DNA of 61,249 nucleotides, filler included, from Globobulimina sp. (GCA_003354225.1; 21 parts of 21 records of this genome joined end to end with filler, not necessarily neighbours in it); one strand, 5' to 3'; positions 11,693 through 23,809 are shown, numbered from the whole stretch's first letter. The notes: generated by a model from the letters alone, not told the origin. Numbers and translations: made by a program.

Positions 11693-14435
11693 CAAGTATG
11701 ATTCCGATGTAAAATACAGAAGGCGTCGACTTATATTGGTCTTCAACAAACAATTTTTCTTAGTATTCTTCGAAATCGACGAGAACAGCGATTTGCAAAC
11801 ACCGCGCGATATTTGTAACTTCATATCCGTACTCAATCCATATTCCTGCGGCATCACGAACGAAGCCAACAACTCCGTCAATAGCCACAAGCGACGCAGA
11901 GGCAGCTTGCGTAATATGTGCCGATTATGCAACAAGTCATAGCGACACGAATCAAACACGTCCGGTATCTTACTGCAATCAAACTGTTTCTTGTCAATGT
12001 CGTACAGTTCGTCGATGATCTTATCCCATCGCTGTTTCATAACTAACGGAGACTCATCCAAATACGGCTGTTTTTTATTACTTTTTATATTCTCCGACAA
12101 CACCCTTTGAACTCCCAATAATATCTCATACAATTCCTGGCATTTCACAATGGGATTTTGCAGCTGTTTCAACATTCGCTGGGCCCACGGCAACAACTTA
12201 TAGGTCGGCGACGACATATTGGATGTCAACAAATCGTTGTCTTGTATGGACTGTGCCGGCGCCTCGCTGTCGGCGTACAACACCACACTTTCCTGATCTT
12301 CTTCCTTCGGCTCTTTGGCATCCGTCTCAATGCTGTTTGGTTCATTGAACTCTGGCTCGAACTCAATCATTTCAATCTGCTGCGGCATGATATCGTCGCC
12401 ATCGTCGTCGTCGTCGACGGCCAATAGCGATTCGCGTAGTTGCTGATTGTAGAAAATGTGCCCAATCTCTTGCTTGGCCTTATTTATCAGCGACTTTACC
12501 GGCGATATGTCATCCAGCATATACTGCACTTGTTTGTTTGCAATCAGATACTTGTTTATGTCCTCGTCTTTCAAGTCTTGATCGTTGAGCAAGTTCTTAG
12601 TGAACTCCTTGGCGGTTTTACGTACGCGGATTTCGTCGGTCATGAAAACTTGCATATTCAGCAAGAACTTCTGCTGGTTCTCCCGCGTGGTTTGCAGCAA
12701 AGTGTCGCGGAATTTGGGCGCGAACTCCTCGCACTGTTTGATGCCGGCGGGCGTTAACTCGCCGCCCCATTTCAAGATACACAGAGCGATGGTCGGCTTG
12801 CCATTGGCGTCCACCTCGCAAGCTTTGAATTGCATTTTGATGGACATTAGTTTCATGGAAGCGATCTCGGAGATGCGTAACCATTTGTTTTTGCCGGTTT
12901 CCTTGTATAAGTCGTGTGCGGTTTTGGCGAAGCCTAAGATCTTATCGCTGTGGTTCAAATACGTCCATTTCAGTTTGAGTTTCTTTGTCGAGGATATCAA
13001 ACTGATCACACTTTCCGTGTGCGTCGAACATTTGTATTTTTGTTTGGGCGTTCGGTCGCCGTGGCGGAATATGCCAAAGATGCCGCGTAAAATGTGCATC
13101 TTTTGTTTGTCGATGAAGTAATTTACGTTTTCATCTTCATCTTCACATTCAAGCACATTTGTATATCGACCTGGCGATAACACGGATTTATCAAATTCTA
13201 AACACATTAATCTTAACGAATTATGATGTGGGATTAATTGCGATGTGACCAGCAACTTTTGGCAGTTCCAGCAATGTTTTTTATCCATTACACTTTGGAA
13301 ATGTCAAAGGTTGCAGGTTACATTTCTGTAACTGCCATGATCAGCAGTTGTTAGTCGAAGTGACGGTTTTTCAGACTAACAATCCTGTCATGGCAACTAA
13401 AGACTGAATAAAACAACTGTGACAGCAAAAATACCTTAATCTCTGCGCACAATCATCAAAATATTTCCTATTATTTTTCACAAAACTCCATCCATTCACA
13501 TCAATCACAAAAGGCCTGCCATCTTTACTCCGCACAATATCAAATCCACACACATTCTGATCAAATGCATGCACCACTTTCTGTGCTATTTTCTTTTCAT
13601 ATTTAGTCAAGCGACACTTATGCCGCACTTCTTTATTAAACACATCGCGTTCCACAATGCCGTCGACCGTGGGCGCCTTCCGGGTCTCTGCGTGCACATA
13701 TTTAGAACCCACGGTGTAAGCTTTTATATCTATATTGGACTGGATCAGTGCTTCGTAAATATACGAACCGGTCCTACGAATACATGAACACGAATGCGGC
13801 TCAGAGGACCGGTTACCAACTTTGCGGAATAACCGCCGCGAACCACCACCTTTATAATATACATAAATATGATGGTCCTCTGCGTCCATTGGCTTCTCCA
13901 CAAAGGGTTTGCGAATAGTTACGCCGTTCACTATTATTTTGTCATCGTATTCTATCACACTGTAATTGCTATCGTTTCTGTCCAACACTGCATAGCGCGG
14001 CGTAGGGATATTGTTTCTGAGTAAAATATTCTTTATCGACAGTCTGTTGCGTAATAAAGTTTGCGATTTTAAATTATTTATCAAACACGGCTTGTACTTG
14101 TCGCAGTACGTTATTACTTTGTCCGTTGGGAAGCCTTTGCTGTAATATGCAATTAATACATCGCAACGTGGCCACTCTTCGATGGGCTTCTGTTGGAGTA
14201 TGGCATCGCCAAATGGGATGATGTCGATATCACCATAAGCTTGGATGCGAGATCGCACATTCTTGGCTCGCGCCGAGTTGAACTTTTTGTCCATGCAACT
14301 GATTCCTAAACGAATCTTATGCACTTTGTCATGCATGTGTAGTTGGCCTGGGATAGACTTAGTGTGCACCATCGGAGATGGTTGTAAATCTGTGGGGATC
14401 TGTTCTTTTATTTCACTGAATTTTTTGGTTGACAT
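11693..14435 (-). CDS. VIP1: PPIP5K/Vip1 bifunctional inositol pyrophosphate kinase/phosphatase (3' partial)
   Basis: ATP-grasp kinase motifs 'KPFVEKP..AEDH', 'RKAPTVDG' and 'IDVNGWSFVK'. Phosphatase motifs 'RHGDRTPKQK', 'LKWGGELT' and 'SKIPDVFDSCRYD'. Intron 13212-13434 joins DDCAQRL|RLMCL. Confidence 0.95.
13241..13397 (-). ncRNA. Candidate intronic H/ACA snoRNA or tandem pre-miRNA-like hairpins
   Basis: Hairpin 1 (13395-13333: TGCCATGA/TCATGGCA and TTGTTAGTC/GACTAACAA), ANANNA box ACAGAA (13329-13324), hairpin 2 (13318-13248: GCAAC/GTTGC, TTCCA/TGGAA, GTAATG/CATTGC), then ACA+3 nt (13246-13241). Confidence 0.6.
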
Positions 14436-14615
14436 GTTCAAACTTAGCGTGTTTTTGAGTGGAATATAAATTATTAAATTTAACATTATTTATTTGGAAA
14501 TTATAATTATGTATANNNNNNNNNNNNNNNNNNNNNNNNNNNNNNNNNNNNNNNNNNNNTTAATTAATTAANNNNNNNNNNNNNNNNNNNNNNNNNNNNN
14601 NNNNNNNNNNNNNNN

Positions 14616-15959
14616 TATTAATCATATTCGATATAAAGTGGTCAAGAAATTGGGTTTTGGTGCTGACGGTGATGTTTTTTTAGCAAAGTTGTATCATGGC
14701 AAAGATGCTAAAAATGATGTCGCACTGAAACAGTTTACTAAGAAAAGTTCATTCCAGCGTGAAGTCACAGTATTGAAGCTGTTGAAAGATTGTTCGTTTG
14801 CTGTACATTTGCTCGATGTGTCTCCATACAAAGATAAAACCGGCACGACAGCCGCTACATTTATAGTGGTTATGGAGTTTGTGGCTGGAGGTGATTTGAA
14901 GAATTTTATGTTGCAGCCACATGAGTCTATTAAAGCATCATTGCCACTGTCAATATTCAGAAGATATTTGCTGGATTTATCAGAGCCATTATCGATTATG
15001 AATTATAATTTAAACTTTATGCATACAGGTTTGTGCTGGTTGGCGATTGCTGTGTCATCATTTTGTAAAACAATTGATAACTAAAACAGATATAAAACCG
15101 GAAAATGTATTGGTGGCATTGGGGCAATATCCAGATGACATGGATGAACCTAATATTGATTTTATTTTAGCGGATATGAGCGTTTCGCTGACTTACGATC
15201 AATTTGCAACAGGGCAATATTCCGGTACTGTATACAAACATGTTTTTGTAATATTAAGTATTTTTTTTTGTGATCTTTTGCGTTTATATTAGGCACAAAA
15301 CTGTGGTTTTCTCCAGAAATGACTGCGGCTCTATATTTCAAAAGTTATTTCTTTTTGTTTGATTGTTTGTCAATTTAGTAATTATATAATTTAAACAATG
15401 AAGCACACAAAATGCGCTCTAGGGAATGTGTTGATGGATATGGGTTGGTATTGGTTGGTATTCATTTGTATGGATCGTTATGTTCGCCGAAGGGTCATGT
15501 TGATCCACTTTGTGCATTAGCTAATAAATTCAAACAAGCGCTTGCTACATTTGAACAGAACTATGTGTGTTTCATTTCGCGTGTTATATATCTGTACATA
15601 CATAAAAATACATATGCGATATTCAGAGAAGAAATAATGTATTGGCATATGAGAATTTATTTAAATATAGATCTGATGCAACGTCTGCAGCGTTAACACA
15701 ATTAGGAAGACAGGCATTCCATCCACAAGCATCTGCTGGATATAAAAAGGCAGCGGGAATATTACGTTTACTGTCTTCTTTTTTAATACGATATCCAGAT
15801 TCTACCAGAAAATATCAGTATATATTCAGTGCTCCCAGTTCATGTACTAATTGGTAGGTGATGTTGTTTTTTTGTTAATTATATCTGCATTTACAAGATC
15901 AGTTTATATATAGGTCAACTTTTAAGCAACGGGTATTGGAGATCAGGCATATCCAATAA
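14616..15959 (+). CDS. Divergent multi-exon Ser/Thr kinase (5' partial)
   Basis: GFGADG, VALK, HT|DIKPEN (intron 15029-15089), DFG replaced by DMS, G|TKLWFSPEM (intron 15225-15292). Further exons run to TAA 15957-15959. Confidence 0.8.
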
Positions 15960-16289
15960 ATAGAATGTTGAAACATATGTAAAGCAAATGCAATTTAGGA
16001 GATGAAGGCATTGATATATGTAACTTTATAATAAGTAAATGTGATTTCCATAGTATTACTTCCGATGTTTGTTTTTGTGATGTTTTTTCAGCTTTAAACA
16101 GTTTCAAATGACTAAAAACAGTTTTCTTAATTACATTGATATAAATTAATTAATTTTTTCAAGTCACAACTCACAAGCAATCAGCTGAGTCGAGCATCAA
16201 ATCAATACCAACTACATCACTTTTACAAATTTTGCACGCAAGAGACTGAATTATCAACTTTTAAGTTCACCAACTAGAGGGAGCAAGAA

Positions 16290-17123
16290 ATGGGATCAGT
16301 ATCAGAGACAGAGACAGACGAAGTTGATGATGCGGAAGAATGGGGAAATTTGGTATCATATGGATTGGTGGCGTTAATCATGTTAATTATATTATTATTG
16401 CATACATATGAAGTCATTTCGGATTTGTGTACAGAAGAACGAAAATCAATAAAACACAGAGTTTGGAATGTATATTATTTTTATGTATCGTTTGGATATC
16501 GCGTATAAAAAATCTGCGTATGGTTATTCTCGGCGATTTATTTCGGTCATGGTCGGTTTAAATGTCGTAGTTGCAGTGTTAGCACCAATTTTGTTTTCCA
16601 TTTCCTTATACAATTCCACGTATTCCAAAGATGATGATGGATTTCCAAATCCTTGCGGAGCTCTTATGGAAGGAAGCCTTATTATTGGCCCAGGTACGTA
16701 TACGAACGCATACGTTTTTATATTCTATTTGCGCGCATTTTCGTTCGTTTCGTGTATACAAAATTATACAAAATATTCAGCCTTACTATTGTGTGGGATT
16801 TGTTTATGAATATTTTAAGTTTGTGTTTATTCATTATTCCTCTTCGTAAAACATTGAAAGCAATGGGTCATACAATTAAATTAAACGATGATTCGAAAGC
16901 GAATAAAATGACCGGGAAAATGTTTTATTTGGCTGTGAAATATACGGTGTTAACCTCTGTGGCCGCGGCAACCACCATTCTTTCAATGTTTTTTGATGCT
17001 GTTTGTTGATATTATCGCGTATTTACAGGCATTTGATGTGATAATTAATAGTGTTTGTATTATGTTAATGACCGCCTATTATCCGGACGACAAATATTAT
17101 GAAAGATTGTGTGGTTGCTGTAT
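16290..17123 (+). CDS. Multi-pass (possibly 7TM-like) membrane protein; exon boundaries and 3' end uncertain
   Basis: Hydrophobic helices are spread over several frames and separated by intron-like AT-rich gaps. 'DLFMNILSLCLFIIPLRK' and 'KYTVLT' occur in the later helices. Confidence 0.5.
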
Positions 17124-17619
17124 GTATTTTTATATATACGCATTTTCGCCAAACTAACCTATTTTTGTTGCATTTAATTTTCTTGTAATGTGGAAATTAC
17201 TTTGTTTACATTTTTTTTATTTGTATTTTGGATGACACGAATAAAATATGGAAAGAGTCTACATTCAAATATACCAAACCATTGTCATGTAATGCAGTTC
17301 TTGTAGGTGATACGGCACATTTAATGCCTTGTGCTACCTGTAATTTTCATTATGTTGTACCAACCTTAGTTTCGCTTAAGTTTTCCGAGTAGCAACTCAA
17401 ATCTCATCATGTACAGAAAAAAGACAAAATATAATATGNNNNNNNNNNNNNNNNNNNNNNNNNNNNNNNNNNNNNNNNNNNNTTAATTAATTAANNNNNN
17501 NNNNNNNNNNNNNNNNNNNNNNNNNNNNNNNNNNNNNNTTGTGTAAATTATTTGAAACATTTTAATTTTGTTAAATACTTCGACTACTAGTAAGGGACTG
17601 AAAAAAAGCAGCTTAAACA

Positions 17620-18655
17620 ATGACGGATACAACAGCCACAGCAGCAGATCAAACGGAAAGTAAACCAGCTAACAATGCTAATGAATTGGTGTTTGATCCT
17701 GATCAAAAACGATTTCTATCATTTGAATCCAATGTGAGTTATGACGAAATCCTCAATAAGAGCAGTAAAAGCAGAATCAGTGAAGGCATCGTACATATGC
17801 TTAACTTAGCAGCTATCACAGTGTTAGTAGTGCCATTGGCTCACTCTTCTTTATCTTATGAGAATATCGCTGGTTTTGCCTTATTATTGATATATTTGGT
17901 ATATTTGGGTCATATCTGGTATTTGTATGCGACCGCACATTCAATGCACCGAATACATACAGTATTGGGCACCCCGCCAAATTGGATTAATATGAGTATC
18001 GCGTACGGCAACGAGAGTATTTTGGATCAACCGATTACATCAATTTCTGAATTTAGTGCTATTGCGGGTGGTGTCGGCAAGATGTTGTTAGCGAGAGTTG
18101 GGACAATCACATGGGGCATACTTATCACTTTGGTTACTGTGCAAATCAAAGAAAATACGCTTGTCGTTGGTGATGGTGTCATATTGGAAGTTATCGGGGC
18201 GTTTGGAATTGATATGATTGGTTTGTATACATATTTTTATAAAACAACTTATTGCGAATTTGCGGATTTTAAAACAATAATATTGTCTGTATATGTTTCT
18301 GTGTATAGGGACATTTTACGATGATCCACATTCGCTTGGAATGAGATGTTTTCATTTCGGTGGTATTATATTAGGGTTGTGCTGTTTGATTGGATTTTGG
18401 ATTCAAAGAGTGAACGAAGGCGAACATATCTGGGTTGCCGCTCTTTTAACAGTAACATTTTTGGTCTTCTTTGCTTTGTTTTGGTTTTATGACAAATGTT
18501 TTCCAATTCCGCAAAAGATCAAAAATTTATCACAGGAAGATGCTTTGAAATTTATCACCAAAAGATCAAGAATATTAATTGGATTTGAAACCATCGGTCT
18601 CGGAAGTCTCTCATTCTCGCTTTGTTTTTTTTTTATGATGTATCCCGATAACTAA
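17620..18655 (+). CDS. Multi-pass membrane protein (weak Frag1/DRAM-like resemblance)
   Basis: Intron 18221-18308 joins MIG|TFY in frame. About 7 hydrophobic segments. Confidence 0.65.
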
Positions 18656-18932
18656 TTTTCCCGCACATTTTGTATAAAAATAAATATTGTGTTTCTGTTG
18701 ATGTGTTGTGTTGTGCGAGGATTTCAATTATATAGTTTGTATATACCTGCATTGCACGTAATTTTATTCCTTCTTCTAAAAAGAGATATATTCCAAACTC
18801 TTTTCCTTCCAAAAGTTTTAAAAATTGGAGATATAAAATTTGACACATCGTACAGAATAAGTCAGAATTATATAAGTCAAAAAAGATTTGAATCATTATT
18901 TAAGAAGTTTTGAAGAATCTTATTTTTGTTCA

Positions 18933-20361
18933 TTATTCCATATCATACTTTCTTTTTAAAAATACATACTTTGCATAAACAACTTTCCGATCACTCAATA
19001 AAGGAACATAAAAAGATCTAAAAATCCCAGCTGAGGTAGCATCACGATCTAAAAATGCTATTTTTTCAATAACTTTATAGTTACTAACATCATATTCTTT
19101 AATTACTTTATTTGATTGCCATAAATCCACAATGTAATCACAAGCATCATCCACATTCTTTACAAATCTGCTTTGTTCCATTTTATTTTCATCATTAAAT
19201 GGTTTATTCACAAAATATGTCCCTTCAAATTCTGCTGGTAATTCACCATCAAATCCAGATTTCATCCATTTAATATTTGCAACATTTGACACAAATAAAC
19301 TCGATGGAATACGATACCATTCCATGCCTACACAAATATTTTTATCCATTTCCATTTCATTCGCAATATATTTACCTGCTTTATACCAAATATCCAAAGG
19401 TGCTCTATAATAAATAACCTATTAACACATATCCAAATAAATAAAATTTTAAAACAAAATAAGTAAACAAAACTTGTCCAATACTTCTCGAGGCACATAA
19501 CACAATGAATACTGCAACAACAACAACATTGATTTTAGAAGCAATAAATTTAATAATATTAACATTGAAAGAGTCCACTTTCCATAATCGAAACTGTGTT
19601 AATGTCAAAGCAGCATTCAACGCAATAAATGGATAAATCACAAACATAAATCTTTCTTCCTTATGTGGCATAAATGTAAAGAATAAGAACCAAATCCAAA
19701 ATGGGGAAATGCAGTGCAACAATCGAGCGACAATGGCACTGTTATTATTGCTGCCAATCTTACACAAATGCGGCAAAGCAGCGCAACATCGAATGCCTTT
19801 GGCTCTGCGCCCTCTATTTTTGCTCTTTTTCTTTCTGTTAAAAAACATCAAAAACAAAACGTTGCAGGCAATAAACGACAGTAAAGCTAATAAATAAATT
19901 ATATTCCAATTAAACAATAGATTTTTGACATAAAATGTCCAATCTTCCGTGCCGTACAAATTCTGACCCTCTAATTCCGAGTCGCTGTCTTCATTCGTAA
20001 TGGATAAATTATATAAAAATATGTTCAACGGAGCCAATAATATCTGCTGATAAAATACGTAATCGATTGCAATGCAAATACCGCACAAAACAGCACCAAA
20101 TGAAACAACGTACATTGCGAAAACAGAGAGTCCCAAAACAAATATGCAGTCCATTGCCATCGGGACCGCTAGCAATGAAATAAAAGGCCAGCCAAAAATG
20201 ACTGCGATGCCCATGAATAAAATGGCCAAAATGCGGTATTCTCGGAAGAAGGAACCGAAGGATAACAATATGAAACAGAGCACAAATTGCTGCGGCAAAT
20301 AAGCGGCGCAGCAGTTGAACATTCCCGATGAGAACGTCATAAATGCAAAAGTTGCAGACAC
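18933..20361 (-). CDS. ALG9: Alpha-1,2-mannosyltransferase (GT22), 5' partial
   Basis: 'AYLPQ', 'GWPF', 'LYGTEDWTFY', 'PHKEERF..IYP', 'CVGMEWYRIPSS' and 'FNDEN'. Intron 19419-19473. Confidence 0.93.
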
Positions 20362-20461
20362 NNNNNNNNNNNNNNNNNNNNNNNNNNNNNNNNNNNNNNN
20401 NNNNNTTAATTAATTAANNNNNNNNNNNNNNNNNNNNNNNNNNNNNNNNNNNNNNNNNNNN

Positions 20462-20580
20462 ATATTTTCTTTTATGATTATGATATTCTCTCTTTAGAAA
20501 CAATGTAAAATTGTATTTTTTCTGAGTCATTAGTTTAATGCATTTCATTTTATTTTGTCCTCTCCAATAATGTTCAACTT
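20462..20580. repeat. 119-nt perfect inverted repeat, left copy (partner 23165-23283)
   Basis: The first 119 nt of the contig are the exact reverse complement of its last 119 nt. Confidence 0.95.
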
Positions 20581-21654
20581 TTAACATATTTACTTTTGAT
20601 TTTCCATTTGAGTGCAAAATGTCATTAAATTTAGGTAAATTTGGGTGCAACAAACCAGTCAGAGGATCCGATTGACAGATGGGCAATACGTGTTTTATAA
20701 CATGCCATGGATCAATAAAAGTTCCTTCCAATCGTAAACAATGCCAAAAATATAGGACACGACGTGTAACATCATCTTTCATCAAACTGCGCATTTTTTC
20801 TGATAATAATCTGCTCAAAAGGTTGCACATCATATCGTAACCCAAAACCACTACAATTGACAAAAAATACAGTAACGTGATTGGTGAATGTATGAATGCA
20901 TTGCAAATTCTGATAATAACTTCAGTTTGTGACTCAGTATGTATAACCTCTGATAAATCTGCAATAAACCCTGTTAAAATCATAAGACCAAAAATCCCAC
21001 CGCTTTTCTTGTATGTTTTATCTTTTATTGTGTTTGCACCGGATCTGCATCCTCCGACTCGATCAATCTCTTTTTCATCATGTTCTTCTATTGCTAAAAT
21101 ATCAAACAATGACGCAGATTCATTCTGATTATTTATACCATTTGAATTGATTTGATCTCTTACTTGGTTGAAATATTGTTGTGTTTCGGCTGAAAATGTA
21201 TTTGCAATATGTTCAATGAGTTTTTGTTTTTTATCAGTTCCATTTTTATATTTTTGTAGTTTCTGACGACGGTCAATATAATCATTAAACTTACTGATTT
21301 CAGATTTGTTTCTGTTACAAACCTAACGCTACATCCTGTACAAGATGTTATAGTTTTTTGCGAATAGTTTCCAGAGATCATTGACTGTGAACATTGATAA
21401 TATTCTCTCTGTGTATGATGCAGAGCACCTAAATGAGGATGTTTTGTTGGCGGGTTCCATTTTCCATAAATTGTTGTATGTGTTTTGCATAGTAAACGAA
21501 CTTGTTTTTCGTCTACATCTCCATACACCACCATACAACCAGGATGTGGTTTTCCGTGTTTAATTGGAACTGCTTGAAGGATTTGCGGAGATACTTTGTT
21601 AATTGACTGTGCAAATTTGTCACACAATATGTCAAAAAATGCATCAGATGACAT

Positions 21655-21700
21655 CTCAACATTTTGTTCTTTGAAAACTCAACATTTTGTTCTTTGAAAA
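21655..21700. repeat. 23-bp perfect tandem duplication causing a frameshift
   Basis: CTCAACATTTTGTTCTTTGAAAA occurs twice. Removing one copy fuses ...GIFFKEQNVE to MSSDAFFD... in frame. Confidence 0.92.
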
Positions 21701-21840
21701 AAATTCCGTGATTTTCGTCACATTCAAAATATTTCTTGTGATACAAAGAACCATTATTATATCCAATTGGATACTTTAATTCTACACCAACCCAAATACC
21801 ATCAGCAAAATCAACTGTTCCGTGGTATTTAATAGTTCCA
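21680..21840 (-). other. CAP-Gly domain inside the transposase ORF
   Basis: 'GTIKYHGTVDFADGIWVGVELKYPIGYNNGSLYHKKYFECDENHGIFFK' is the CAP-Gly consensus, with GKNDG appearing as GYNNG. Confidence 0.92.
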
Positions 21841-23164
21841 ATATCATTGATGTTAATTTTTTGTGATTTTTTTGAAAATAAACATGTCGAAATTACTTTT
21901 CTTTGTCGATATTCTTCGATATCTGCATTCTTTAACACCACATGAGCTCCTTGTTGCAGTTTATGCCCATAAATTGTTTTTAGAATGAAATAAGTATAAT
22001 AACCATTCAACAATGTATCAGATTGTAAGTCTGGACGTTGTGTTATTTTACGCCCTAGAGATTGTTGTAATGATAGTAATCTCTGTTCAGTGTCATGTAT
22101 CTTTCTGCTGAATTGACGACAGTATCTGTTTGCAATGTGTTCAAATGGCACTCCCTGTTCGTTAACATCAAAACCAACAACATTCAAAAATAATTCAGGG
22201 TCAAAAAAATTTGTTGCTGTGTCTTGGTAGAATTGTTTTTTATGAGGGTCCAATAAAATTATATCTCCATTACCACACACTATCCTGCCATAATAATATA
22301 CTGATTTACATTCGTTGCATTTTTTACTGAGGTTAATTGAAGGTATGGGTCCTACACTGCCTTTGTGCATCATATAACAAGGAGTTAATTGAAGTTATCA
22401 TATAACACGGCAACACTGCCTTTGTGCATCCCATCAGCGACGCTACGATAACGATTTTTCAACTCGCTCTCAATCCCCATACGGTTGCATACAATACACG
22501 TAGTGCTGTCGACGTATTCAAATATCTTTTCAACTTGATTTGTTTCTAAATTTAAAGAGGATAACAGGATTGACTTAGAATCACAAATAAGCATCACTTT
22601 TTGCATCAAATCAGCATTTTCCATCATATTAAAATAAACATTCGTTACGTTTTGGTTTCTTTTAATATTTTTTAAATCCAATTGAAATGTTTGATCACAT
22701 AACTGTGCAGGCAATTTGTTTCTTATTTGCTCAACAAGACGATTCAAATTGTTTGTTATTGCAGGAGGTGCTTTGGTAGCACTCCCTTTAACTCGTAAAT
22801 ACTGCAAATAAGCTGCTAATAACTCACATAGCTTGATTTGTTTTAGCATGATTTGTGGTGACACAACAAATAAATAACAAGAAATTTTAAATAAAAAACT
22901 ATTGCATAATAACACTAAAAATAACTTTTATTTGCTAAATTTAACTTTCTTCAACGGTGGCTATCCTTAGCATAATAACACCAACAACCCCCAACACCAT
23001 TCCACCGAGACCAACACCCCTCATCCAACAGCGGAGCGTTTACTATAATCTAACATGCAGAAATTACAAATTGATCAAGTTCACATGATCAACCTTTTTG
23101 CGATTTTTTCCAATGAGATATAACAACCTAATGTTTGATGAAATAAAATTGGAGAGGACAAAAT

Positions 23165-23283
23165 AAGTTGAACATTATTGGAGAGGACAAAATAAAATGA
23201 AATGCATTAAACTAATGACTCAGAAAAAATACAATTTTACATTGTTTCTAAAGAGAGAATATCATAATCATAAAAGAAAATAT
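23165..23283. repeat. 119-nt perfect inverted repeat, right copy
   Basis: AAGTTGAACATTATTGGAGAGG...AAAAGAAAATAT is the reverse complement of 20462-20580. Confidence 0.95.
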
Positions 23284-23383
23284 NNNNNNNNNNNNNNNNN
23301 NNNNNNNNNNNNNNNNNNNNNNNNNNNTTAATTAATTAANNNNNNNNNNNNNNNNNNNNNNNNNNNNNNNNNNNNNNNNNNNN

Positions 23384-23594
23384 CTGCTCGTAATTCTGTT
23401 AACCAATTGGATCCTCTTTGTCTTAATTCAAAGTAATTTTCGATTTTGCCAATGAATGCATATGTGTGCGGTGAATGTGACGCTGGAACAGGTGCTGATG
23501 ATTCTGCTGCAACGTGACTGTATTTCGGAGGCTCTGGTTCATTATCGTTTGACGGATTTGTGGAGTCCTTTACTGTTGTTGTGGAGTCTTTCAT
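23384..23594 (-). CDS. AzgA/AZG-like purine permease N-terminus (3' partial)
   Basis: 'IENYFELRQRGSNWLTELRA' matches the AzgA N-terminal 'F.L..RG....E.RAG' motif. Confidence 0.7.
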
Positions 23595-23809
23595 TGTTGT
23601 GGAAGAGTGTTTTTGATGCTTTCGGAAAAAAAACTGTGAACAGTAAGTGTGATGTTGCACTCATATGAGCCAAAAGAGCAAACAACTGAAAGGTTTGTTT
23701 ATTTACAAAGAATCCAAACAAATTGAAATCTTACAAATTGGCATTTAGCAACAAAATACCAATTGAATTAAGAAATAAATATAAAATATTTACAACCAAT
23801 TACAAACAA

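Larger units (their letters stand above)
20462..22915 (-). mobile_element. Disrupted KDZ (Kyakuja-Dileera-Zisupton)-like transposase with CxC-type Cys clusters and an inserted CAP-Gly domain
   Basis: In order: CxC5-like 'GP...KKCNECKSVYYYG...FYQDTATNFFD...F..IANRY', CAP-Gly, CxC6-like 'H..GCMVVYGDVDEKQVRLLC', then core 'SGGIFG...ES...GYDMMC...FIDPWH..H..C...N...VEHYW...M...NF.L..HN'. Intronless. Broken at about 22374-22430, 21655-21700 and about 21300. Confidence 0.75.

Noticed and set aside
13289-13371. PPIP5K split into two genes or frameshifted
   Set aside because: The GT-AG intron 13434-13212 restores a continuous frame.
20462-23283. 119-nt inverted repeat as authentic transposon TIRs or the ends of a linear plasmid/virus
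   Set aside because: The repeat covers the predicted catalytic coding region and coincides exactly with both contig ends, so it is kept only as an unresolved structure.
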